DNA from: Bacteroidota bacterium
Lineage (GTDB): Bacteria > Bacteroidota > Bacteroidia > AKYH767-A > 2013-40CM-41-45
Assembly (NCBI GenBank): GCA_031367345.1
Contig: JANLPR010000117.1
Location: forward strand, 9,759 to 73,758
Reading direction: 5' to 3'
DNA: 64,000 nucleotides
Positions 19,067 to 27,822 of the stretch are shown here, piece after piece (the stretch's first letter is position 1; every line of letters starts with the position of its first letter). The notes beneath the pieces were generated by a model. That model was not told the DNA's origin. It saw nothing but the letters and a program-made list of their open reading frames with translations, and ran no database searches. Position numbers and translations under genes: made by a program.

Positions 19067-20467
19067 TTAATGAACTATATTAATTCGATTTGTAAAATTT
19101 ATTTTTTCGGTTTGAATGTTGAGAGAATACACGCCATTCGAAATGTTATTTGTCTCAAAAGTTAATTCAGATTGATTGCTAAACTTTTTCAGTAAAATTG
19201 TCCTTCCATTAAGATCATACAAAGTCATAGTGCCACTCTCGTTCTCGTTTTTTATACGAATAGAAAATTGATTATTAGAGGGGTTTGGGTAAACGATAAA
19301 TTTATCGTTGCTGTTTTGTGTAAAAGTTTTTGACGACGTGATTACTGAAACGTCAAGAATAAATAATCCTAACTGCATATCACTTGCAAGAATGATTCCG
19401 CTAGGTAAGTCTGTGTATGCTGCCCAGCAACCAGCGTAAGCGGGTGAAGGATAAGTACCGGGTGGATTCTGGGGATGTGTATCAAAGTATCCTGACAATA
19501 CAGGAGTAATTGGATTGGAAATATCATAAATGTAAAGCCCATCTTGATAAGCTGCAACAAAAAGCAAATTATCTTTCACATACGGATTGTGGGGTGTTGC
19601 TCCAACATTTGTATTGTAGGTGCCAATTACAGTTGGATTAGAAATGTCACGCACGTCAACTACACTGAAAGGCATTCCTGATGGTACCTCATCACACATA
19701 TATAAATATCCATGATCAGGCGATAAAAAACTACTGTGATTGTATCGTTGTGTCGGAAAGTTAGTAAGTGATCCAAGTAAAATAAAATGATTGGCAATGG
19801 TGTCGTAATGAAAAATATAAAGTCCCGAATTACCACAACTTGCGTAAACAGTGTCATTCACAACATACATGTCATGTACAGAATTGATTGAAGGGAAGTC
19901 GCTGTCTAATCTTCTCAACAAAGTAGGAACTGTAGGGTCATTCAAGGAATACACATTCATACTTGAATAGTTTCCACTGGCATTTACCGATGAAACATAT
20001 AATTTGTTCCCATCTACATATTGCGCATGCGCATGCGTAAAAATTGAGTTACTATCGTAAATTACTGTAGCAGAAATTGGCAGTGTGCTTAGATCAACTA
20101 TTTGCAAACTATTATTTCCTGCATCATCGCTAATTATATATAAGTAGTTCCCATACGTTTTATATTCATGCCAAATGCAATCTGTTTGGCGGTGTGGAAT
20201 GTAATTGATTTGTGTAGGCGCAGTAGGAATAGAAACGTCGATGATATATGTGCCGGCTGTTGATCCAATAATAGCATATTCTTTTTGATCAAGCGGATTC
20301 TGCCATCCCCAACACGATTGATATCGAATTCCATAAACCGACTCGGCTACAACTGTTGTATCGTTGAATTGTCCAAGCAATGAAATGTTCTGATGGCTGA
20401 ATTGCGAATGAGCAAATGAGCTCATGAACATAATGATGGCAAACATGTAAAATTTTTTCGATTTCAT
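19067..20467 (-). CDS. Choice-of-anchor B / LVIVD-repeat T9SS-secreted protein
   Basis: CWGW..EYAIIG, repeated IIDVS/IVDLS/VVDVR units, HN motifs and a type A CTD (VYPNPS...SNGVYSL). Confidence 0.85.
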   Translation of the reverse strand: MKSKKFYMFAIIMFMSSFAHSQFSHQNISLLGQFNDTTVVAESVYGIRYQSCWGWQNPLDQKEYAIIGSTAGTYIIDVSIPTAPTQINYIPHRQTDCIWHEYKTYGNYLYIISDDAGNNSLQIVDLSTLPISATVIYDSNSIFTHAHAQYVDGNKLYVSSVNASGNYSSMNVYSLNDPTVPTLLRRLDSDFPSINSVHDMYVVNDTVYASCGNSGLYIFHYDTIANHFILLGSLTNFPTQRYNHSSFLSPDHGYLYMCDEVPSGMPFSVVDVRDISNPTVIGTYNTNVGATPHNPYVKDNLLFVAAYQDGLYIYDISNPITPVLSGYFDTHPQNPPGTYPSPAYAGCWAAYTDLPSGIILASDMQLGLFILDVSVITSSKTFTQNSNDKFIVYPNPSNNQFSIRIKNENESGTMTLYDLNGRTILLKKFSNQSELTFETNNISNGVYSLNIQTEKINFTNRINIVH

Positions 20468-20473
20468 TTTTAT

Positions 20474-21286
20474 TTAACTTTTAGCTAGTAATTCTTTTAT
20501 GATAGCAGTCATTTTTTTCTCAGATGAAATGGCCACATGTAAAACTTCTTCGTGACTCACTTTTTGGACAATGGCAAATCCTCCAAGATCGGTAACAATA
20601 GAAATTGCAAAGCAAGGAATATTTGCATGGCGACCTACAATTACCTCGGGGATCGTAGACATTCCAACAATGTCTGCACCAATTGTTCTTAAGTAACGAT
20701 ATTCGGCAGGCGTTTCAAAACAAGGTCCACTTACTGCTGTATATACACCAATATGCGAACGAAATCCAAGTTGGTCTGCAATTGATTTCGCATCGGTTAT
20801 CATTTTTGAGTCGTATGGTTCACTCATGTCTGGAAACCGCGGCCCTAACTCATCATAATTTTTTCCTATCAAAGGATTTGATGGGAGCAAGTTAATGTGA
20901 TCTTGAATGATAACAATGTCTCCAGTTTGATAATCAGGATTCATTCCGCCACTTGCATTACTCAAAAGTAATTTCTTGATGCCAAGAGCAATCATTACTC
21001 TGATTGGAAAAGTTGTTTCCTGCATGCTATAACCTTCGTAGTAATGAAATCGACCTTGCAGAGCTACAACATTTTTACCGCCAAGTTTACCGAAAATTAA
21101 TTTTCCTCCGTGACCCTTTACTGTTGAAATTGGAAAATTTGGTATCTCGGTATATTCTATTGAATGTTCAATTTGGATTTCATTTACAAGTCCACCAAGT
21201 CCGCTGCCTAATACAATTCCGAACTCAGGTATGAAATTTGTTTTTAAAAAAATGAAATCAGTTGTTTCTTTAATTTTTTCTAACAT
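20474..21286 (-). CDS. punA: Purine nucleoside phosphorylase (trimeric type)
   Basis: VLGSGLG, GRFHYYEG, GPCFETPAE, VGMSTIPE. Likely start MLEKIK at 21286. Confidence 0.93.
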   Translation of the reverse strand: MLEKIKETTDFIFLKTNFIPEFGIVLGSGLGGLVNEIQIEHSIEYTEIPNFPISTVKGHGGKLIFGKLGGKNVVALQGRFHYYEGYSMQETTFPIRVMIALGIKKLLLSNASGGMNPDYQTGDIVIIQDHINLLPSNPLIGKNYDELGPRFPDMSEPYDSKMITDAKSIADQLGFRSHIGVYTAVSGPCFETPAEYRYLRTIGADIVGMSTIPEVIVGRHANIPCFAISIVTDLGGFAIVQKVSHEEVLHVAISSEKKMTAIIKELLAKS

Positions 21287-22337
21287 ACTCTTGGATAATT
21301 TGATTATACTTTTCTTCTTCATGATGAATATGAACTTGAATTGGAAGAAAGAAAAATGGTAATTTTTGAATAGCAGGATCGATACTAGGATTTCTCAATC
21401 GCATCGCATCTTTTTCGGTAGTCACAATGATCTTGCTTTTGTTAGCGATATTATTGAAAGTCTCCGTTATTTTATCTAGGTCTTTGGTATTGAATTCATG
21501 ATGGTCAGGGAAAGTCAGTATCTCAAGCTTGTCTGTTAAGCGGCGCAAATATTCGATCATTCCGGAAGGATTTGCAATTCCGGTTACCAGCATGATTGTA
21601 AATCGTTTTTCCATATAATAGCTTGCACCCATTTGCATAGGTGAAGTTGGTCCAAATACTTTATTGAATTCACCATATTTAAGAAACGAAAAAAAAACTG
21701 ATTGATTTGTTTCCGGTTTGATTTCTTCTAGTATCCGTTTTTTTTCTATCGGAACTAAAATCGATGGAGATTTAGAAATGATAATTACATCGGCTCTTTT
21801 TTTCGATGAAAGGGGCTCGCGTAAATTACCTCCGGGCAACACATAATCTTTTTTAAAAATAGTATCGTATTCTAGAAGTAAAATATTCATTCCTGCTTTT
21901 ACATAGCGATGTTGATATGCATCATCCATTAAAATTACTTGCGGACGATTCAGTCCTTGCATCAACTGATCAATTGCTTCAGTTCTTTTTTCAGCAACAG
22001 TTACGATGATGTTATCAAATTTACTTAGATACTGCATTGGTTCATCGCCAATTTCATTGGTGGTAAATCCTTTTTTAGCTAAAAGGTATCCTGTTGTTTT
22101 TCGACCATAACCTCGGCTGATTGTTGCTAGCTTAAAATTGTTTTTCAATAATCTGATGAGGTATTCAATGTGCGGAGTTTTTCCTGTGCCACCGGTAGTT
22201 AGATTTCCAATAGATATAATTGGAACATCATATTCATTCGATTTGATTATTGCCTTATCGAACAAGATATTTCTTACTCTTACAACAATGTTGTAGAGCG
22301 GGGAAAAGGGTAATAAAAGTTTTCGCCAATTTTGCAC
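21270..22337 (-). CDS. lpxK: Tetraacyldisaccharide 4'-kinase
   Basis: GNLTTGGTGKTP, SRGYGR, GDEP, DDAYQH, LREP, FPDHH, TTEKD. Confidence 0.96.
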   Translation of the reverse strand: MQNWRKLLLPFSPLYNIVVRVRNILFDKAIIKSNEYDVPIISIGNLTTGGTGKTPHIEYLIRLLKNNFKLATISRGYGRKTTGYLLAKKGFTTNEIGDEPMQYLSKFDNIIVTVAEKRTEAIDQLMQGLNRPQVILMDDAYQHRYVKAGMNILLLEYDTIFKKDYVLPGGNLREPLSSKKRADVIIISKSPSILVPIEKKRILEEIKPETNQSVFFSFLKYGEFNKVFGPTSPMQMGASYYMEKRFTIMLVTGIANPSGMIEYLRRLTDKLEILTFPDHHEFNTKDLDKITETFNNIANKSKIIVTTEKDAMRLRNPSIDPAIQKLPFFFLPIQVHIHHEEEKYNQIIQEYVRKN

Positions 22338-22568
22338 CGTGGCAAATTACAAAAAAACAGTTAACCTCAGCAGTAAAATTGATTCCGAACATTCAAATAT
22401 TCATATTGATTGAAGTGCATAATGGTTGAAATGCTTATAAGATCAAGTTAATGCGAAAGTTTTATCTGTCGAAATGGTAAATGAAGTTGCACTGACAATG
22501 AAAATTGTTTTCAAATGAACTATCCAACATCGTTACTTTTTTGTAGTATTGAAGTTTGAAATTCATAT

Positions 22569-23666
22569 ATGACAAAGATCAAAGAAGTACTTCAGTATTT
22601 AGAAGAAATTGCTCCGTTATCTCTTCAAGAAAGCTATGACAACTCCGGTCTTATAGTTGGTGATAGCGATGCTGAGCTCACCGGTATATTGATATGTTTA
22701 GATAGTACAGAAGCGGTGGTAAAAGAAGCCATTCTTACAGGTTGTAATTTGATCATTGCTCACCATCCAATTGTATTTTCCGGTTTGAAAAGATTTACAG
22801 GAAGCAATTATGTAGAACGGACCATTATAGCTGCGATAAAAAACGACATTGCAATTTATGCAGCGCATACTAATCTGGATAATATAGCCAACGGAGTAAA
22901 CAAAATGATAGCAGATAAATTAGGGTTAATCAATGCAAAAATATTAGCGCCCAAGAAACAGCTGTTGAAAAAACTAATTGTGTTTTGTCCATTCGATCAT
23001 GCCTCCAAAGTAAGGCAAGCTTTATTCGAAGCAGGAGCAGGGAGTATAGGAAACTATGATGAATGTAGTTTTAATAGTGACGGAACCGGAACTTTTCGAC
23101 CTGGAACGCAAGCCAAACCTTTTAGCGGCAACGAAGGAATTACTTCATTTGCTGAAGAAACTAAAATAGAAGTAATTATTGAGTCACATTTACAGAACAA
23201 AATTTTAGCTGCACTTTTCAAAAGTCATCCCTATGAAGAAGTAGCTTATGATCTTATCCCTCTGGAAAATTATCATCAGAATATTGGAAGTGGAATGATT
23301 GCAGAGTTGAGCTCCGAAATGGAAGAAATGCCTTTTTTAGACCATGTGAAAAAGGTAATGAAGGTAGGATCGTTGCGATTTACACCATTAATTGGGCAAA
23401 AGGTTGCAAAAGTAGCTCTTTGTGGAGGGTCAGGAAGCTTTCTTTTAAATGAGGCAAAAGCTGCTGGTGCTCAGGTCTTTATCACCTCAGATTTCAAATA
23501 TCATCAGTTTTTTGATGCCGAAGATAGCTTGGTTATTGCCGATATCGGACATTTTGAGAGCGAACAGTACACAATGGATTTGTTTAAGTCGTTAATTCTG
23601 AAAAATTTTTCTAAATTTGCCGTCCGTTTAACTGAGGTGAATACCAATCCAGTGAATTATTTATAA
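22569..23666 (+). CDS. Nif3-like dinuclear metal protein (YbgI/YqfO type with PII-like insert)
   Basis: YDNSGL, AHHP, HTNLD, HPYEE, GHFESE. Confidence 0.93.
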   Translation: MTKIKEVLQYLEEIAPLSLQESYDNSGLIVGDSDAELTGILICLDSTEAVVKEAILTGCNLIIAHHPIVFSGLKRFTGSNYVERTIIAAIKNDIAIYAAHTNLDNIANGVNKMIADKLGLINAKILAPKKQLLKKLIVFCPFDHASKVRQALFEAGAGSIGNYDECSFNSDGTGTFRPGTQAKPFSGNEGITSFAEETKIEVIIESHLQNKILAALFKSHPYEEVAYDLIPLENYHQNIGSGMIAELSSEMEEMPFLDHVKKVMKVGSLRFTPLIGQKVAKVALCGGSGSFLLNEAKAAGAQVFITSDFKYHQFFDAEDSLVIADIGHFESEQYTMDLFKSLILKNFSKFAVRLTEVNTNPVNYL

Positions 23667-23743
23667 TTGGGATACATTTCATTAAGTGAAGATTGATTGA
23701 CCCGGATTATTTTCGGAAAACAATAACTCAAAACAACAACAAC

Positions 23744-24634
23744 GTGAGCTTATCAAAAATTGCCAAAGCGAAAATTAAAACAAAAGAGCAAGTTGCATTC
23801 AAACCTCGTAAGGTTGAAAAGATCATTGATGTAAACCGACTAGAGAAAAAGTTGGAAGAAATTATGGCAATGGATCATACTGAATTTTCTGTTGAGGAAA
23901 GATTAAAAGCATTGTATGTACTTCAGGAAATCGATTCTAACATCGATAAGATTCGTACCATTCGTGGAGAACTTCCAATGGAAGTGGCAGATCTTGAAGA
24001 TGAGATCGTAGGGTTGAATACACGCATCACCAATATCAATGCAGAAATTGCAAACCTTGAAGATCAGGTAAACAAAAAGAAACAAGCTGCGAAAGATGCA
24101 AAAGAACAAATAAAGAAGTACGAAGGCCAACAAGATAAAGTAAAAAACAATCGTGAATTTGATTCGTTGAATAAGGAAATTGAGTTTCAAAATTTGGAAA
24201 TACAATTATCAGAAAAACGTTCGAAAGAATTTGCTTTTGAAGTGGCAAATAAGAACACGATACTCGAAGAAACTCAGAATATTTTAAACGATCGTGAGTC
24301 GGTTCTTAAATTAAAACAAGCAGAACTTGCAACAATTGTTGAAGAAACTCAAAAGGAGGAAGATCATCTAATAAAAATAGGTGTGAAAGCAAGAACAATT
24401 ATCGATGAACGACTTTTAACAGCTTATACACGAGTTCGTAATAATTCTCGTAATGGTTTTGGAGTTGTTGCGATTCAGCGTGATGCTTGTGGTGGTTGTT
24501 TCAATAAAATACCTCCACAACGTCAATTAGACATTCGTCAACACAAAAAAGTAATCGTTTGTGAGCATTGTGGAAGAATCCTTGTCGATCCAAAGATTGC
24601 AGATGAGGAAGTTGCTCCTGCTGACGCAGAATAA
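23744..24634 (+). CDS. Coiled-coil protein with C4 zinc ribbon (DUF164 type)
   Basis: Long coiled coil, CGGC...CEHCGRIL. Start uncertain; in-frame GTG at 23744 chosen. Confidence 0.88.
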   Translation: MSLSKIAKAKIKTKEQVAFKPRKVEKIIDVNRLEKKLEEIMAMDHTEFSVEERLKALYVLQEIDSNIDKIRTIRGELPMEVADLEDEIVGLNTRITNINAEIANLEDQVNKKKQAAKDAKEQIKKYEGQQDKVKNNREFDSLNKEIEFQNLEIQLSEKRSKEFAFEVANKNTILEETQNILNDRESVLKLKQAELATIVEETQKEEDHLIKIGVKARTIIDERLLTAYTRVRNNSRNGFGVVAIQRDACGGCFNKIPPQRQLDIRQHKKVIVCEHCGRILVDPKIADEEVAPADAE

Positions 24635-24656
24635 TTAAACGTTCAATGAATTTAGA

Positions 24657-24690
24657 AATGGGATCACATTTGTTGTGATCCCATTTTTTT
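24657..24690 (+). terminator. Rho-independent terminator
   Basis: aatgggatcaca-tttgt-tgtgatcccatt followed by poly-T. Confidence 0.85.
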
Positions 24691-24733
24691 GTGATTTATA
24701 TTTTTTACTTTGTGTCGGCTTAATTTTTTACGG

Positions 24734-26233
24734 ATGTTGCGTTTATTACTTATACTTGTTTTAACGATAGTAAGCTCAAAGGCTTTGGCTTATTATGAGT
24801 TGGATCCTACTTTAAAATCTGTTTATGCCAATACCCTTAGTCTGGAATTAGACCGAGCCGATCTACTTTTAAAACGAGAGAATATTGAAAAACCGGGAAA
24901 TGATCTTGTTGTTCTGTATGTGAATAATGTTTTTTTTATGAAAGCATTTATTTCGGAAGAGCAAAATTATTTTGAAGCATTCAAAAAAAATTCGGCTTTA
25001 ACTTTGAAAAAATTAGATGAGCGGCAAGAAAATTTTTCATCGCCATGGCATTCGTATGCTAAAGCAGAAGTGATGATACAGGAAGCTATTGTAAAAGTAA
25101 AGTTTAGAGAATATGTCTCCGCTGCCAATGAAATCCGAAAAGCTTATCGGCTCATAGAAAAAAATAAAGTAGCGTTTCCGGAATTTCCACTTAACAATAA
25201 ACTCTCAGGACTACTCAATGTGATCATTGGCTCAGTGCCTCGTGAATACCATTGGTTGGTTGAGATTGCAGGAATGGATGGCTCGATGGCAACAGGAACA
25301 GATGAGCTTATAAAGCTATATTCAGACATCAACGGAACAGATTTTGAATGTTATCAAGAAGAGATCCTTTTTTACTTGTCTAATATTTATACCATTTTTA
25401 ATTATAAGGACGTTGCCTTAAACTCATGCTTGGAATTGCTTAAAAAATATTCATCATCCGGGCCATTAATGAAATATTGCGCAGCTTCAATTTATATAAA
25501 ACTAGATAGAAACGATGAAGCTATTCAGTGTCTTACAAACTCACTCGATTTTACCAATAAGTTTCCATTTTATTTCCTCTCTTACAAACTAGGATTATGT
25601 AAATTACGAAAACTCGAACATCAAGCAGAAAATGATTTCAATTTTTTTCTTTCAACATTTAAAGGTAAAAATTATATTAAATCATGCTATCAGAAATTAG
25701 CTTGGTTGAGTTATCTAAATAATGATCTTTCGAATTATCAATTAGCACTTGAAAAATGCCGGATGAATGGGATTTCTTTTATCGATGAAGATAAAGAAGC
25801 AATGAAAGAGGCTTCAAGTGGATTTGTTATCAATAAAATCTTACTTCGTGCACGATTGTTATATGATGGTGGTTATTTTGAAAAAGCACTGGCAGAACTC
25901 GTAGGCAAACCAATTGATAGTTTTCCTTCTTATCGTGATCAATTGGAGGTGTCTTACCGTTTGGCAAGGATCTATGATAAATTAGGTAAGAGTGAAAAGG
26001 CCATATTACTTTTTGAGCAGACAATCAAAAATGGATCCTCCGCAACTTATTATTATGCAGCTAACAGCGCTTTAATTTTGGGCGGGATTTATGAAAACAG
26101 AAATGAGTTTGTTAAAGCAGAATACTATTTTAAAATATGCCTCTCATTGAATAATCATGAATACCAGAATAGTATCGATCAAAAAGCACAAGCGGGAATA
26201 GATCGGTTGAAGCTAGAAATAGAAAAGCAGTAA
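24734..26233 (+). CDS. Exported tetratricopeptide-repeat protein
   Basis: Signal peptide (MLRLLLILVL...ALA) and TPR-like helical repeats (YRLARIYDKLG, ALILGGIYE...AEYYF). Confidence 0.75.
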   Translation: MLRLLLILVLTIVSSKALAYYELDPTLKSVYANTLSLELDRADLLLKRENIEKPGNDLVVLYVNNVFFMKAFISEEQNYFEAFKKNSALTLKKLDERQENFSSPWHSYAKAEVMIQEAIVKVKFREYVSAANEIRKAYRLIEKNKVAFPEFPLNNKLSGLLNVIIGSVPREYHWLVEIAGMDGSMATGTDELIKLYSDINGTDFECYQEEILFYLSNIYTIFNYKDVALNSCLELLKKYSSSGPLMKYCAASIYIKLDRNDEAIQCLTNSLDFTNKFPFYFLSYKLGLCKLRKLEHQAENDFNFFLSTFKGKNYIKSCYQKLAWLSYLNNDLSNYQLALEKCRMNGISFIDEDKEAMKEASSGFVINKILLRARLLYDGGYFEKALAELVGKPIDSFPSYRDQLEVSYRLARIYDKLGKSEKAILLFEQTIKNGSSATYYYAANSALILGGIYENRNEFVKAEYYFKICLSLNNHEYQNSIDQKAQAGIDRLKLEIEKQ

Positions 26234-26275
26234 GATCAATTGATCTTACTGCTTACTTTATTAATAAACATTCAC

Positions 26276-27745
26276 CTAAAATTTTATTCCAAACGTAATT
26301 GTGAAATTATGAGTAGAAACGTTTTGCTTTACTCCGGGAACATCGGAAGTTGCCAATGTATATGGTTGATAATATTGGTTGCTCTGATTAAACAAGTATC
26401 CAAAATCAATAAAAAAATCCTCGTCACGAATTCCTAATCCTGCTGAATATCCTATTTTGCTATAGTCTGTACTCGAAGAGCTAAATTTGCTTTCAAGGGG
26501 AGAGCTGGAGTAAGCTACACCACCTCTAAGACTAATATTGTCAAGTCTCCATTCAGTACCCACTTTCAATGTATGCATAGCAGTGTACTTGTTCTCAATT
26601 AATTTATTTGTTTCGAAAAAAGATGAAGTGGAAGAACTGAATCGAGCAGTTCCGTAATCTGTCAACTCATAATCAACTCCTAGTATTCCATTTTTCCCGA
26701 ATACAAAACCTAAACTTCCAACTGCCTTGAAAGGTGTAGTCATGTCATAATCAAAACTTCCGTCTTTCGATTCTGAAGTATATTTTTGACCCGTTGTAAA
26801 TTTACTGCTTACAATAGTTTTGTATTCATCATGCATTGTGTACCAGCTAGGCGTATGAACAGCAAAACCAAAACGGAAGATGTCGTTCACCTTATAGATA
26901 AATCCAAATTTTAAATTGATTCCGTTTCCGTCTGTCGTTAAATTCTGATTGAACTTATAACTCTGAAGAGTATCGTAAACATGCGTAGCTGTAATTTCTT
27001 CGTAAGTTGATTCCTCAGAGTAACGAATAGACTCAAATCCGAGTGTTGCGCCTAAGTATAGTTTATTGCTGTAGTTTCCTCCAAATGAAAACAATGTTTC
27101 TCCTTTGGCCCCGCGACTTTCAACATTCCTTCGTTGTGTTTCACCATATTCAGTGATAGCTGGAATGTATTGGGTAATTGGATTGTCAGGGTTAATCAGG
27201 AATGCTGCATAAGCTTGATATTCATAAAAATTATCCAAGTCAGAGTAGTTTGTATTACCGGCAGTTTGTGAAAAATAATCGAGAAGCGAATTATTAGCAT
27301 TTTTTCCTTCATAGCTGCTTCGGTTATGATAGTTGTCTAGGCGATTATAACCAAATCCGAAACTCCAACTCTTCCAGCCGTTTTGAGAATCATCTTTACT
27401 AATAATATTGGTAAAGACCAATCCTGCATTTCCAAAATTGAAATTGAATTTTGACTCATCACTTTTATTTCCTTGAAAGGTAGATGATGTGGCACCGGCG
27501 TAAACAGAAGGAGTGAAGGTAAGTTCTGATCGGCGATAAAGTCCGATGCCTGCGGGGTTAACCGACAAGCCTGAGAATTCAGCCCCTAAGGCACCAAAGG
27601 CTCCTGACATTGCTGTAAAGCGAGCGCTTCCTGTAATGTTGGTCCCGGAATAGCGAAAAGCATCGGCGTCGGTTTGTGCTTTACTCAATTCAGATATGAA
27701 GAGTAAACAACAAAGTAAAATAATTGAAGGGATGTTTTTTTTCAT
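26276..27745 (-). CDS. FadL/OmpP1-family outer-membrane beta-barrel
   Basis: Signal peptide from ATG 27745, GSARFTAMSGAFGALG, NPAGIG motif, terminal FGIKF. Confidence 0.85.
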   Translation of the reverse strand: MKKNIPSIILLCCLLFISELSKAQTDADAFRYSGTNITGSARFTAMSGAFGALGAEFSGLSVNPAGIGLYRRSELTFTPSVYAGATSSTFQGNKSDESKFNFNFGNAGLVFTNIISKDDSQNGWKSWSFGFGYNRLDNYHNRSSYEGKNANNSLLDYFSQTAGNTNYSDLDNFYEYQAYAAFLINPDNPITQYIPAITEYGETQRRNVESRGAKGETLFSFGGNYSNKLYLGATLGFESIRYSEESTYEEITATHVYDTLQSYKFNQNLTTDGNGINLKFGFIYKVNDIFRFGFAVHTPSWYTMHDEYKTIVSSKFTTGQKYTSESKDGSFDYDMTTPFKAVGSLGFVFGKNGILGVDYELTDYGTARFSSSTSSFFETNKLIENKYTAMHTLKVGTEWRLDNISLRGGVAYSSSPLESKFSSSSTDYSKIGYSAGLGIRDEDFFIDFGYLFNQSNQYYQPYTLATSDVPGVKQNVSTHNFTITFGIKF

Positions 27746-27763
27746 TTTCTTTTTAATTGAAAA

Positions 27764-27806
27764 AAAGCCCGCACGGATGCTGTTCTCTCTGAAACGTACG
27801 GGCTTT
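27764..27806 (-). terminator. Intergenic hairpin with U-tract between the lipoprotein gene and the FadL-like gene
   Basis: Minus strand aaagcccgtacg-(19 nt)-cgtgcgggcttttttt. Confidence 0.65.
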
Positions 27807-27822
27807 AGCACTAACAATTAAC

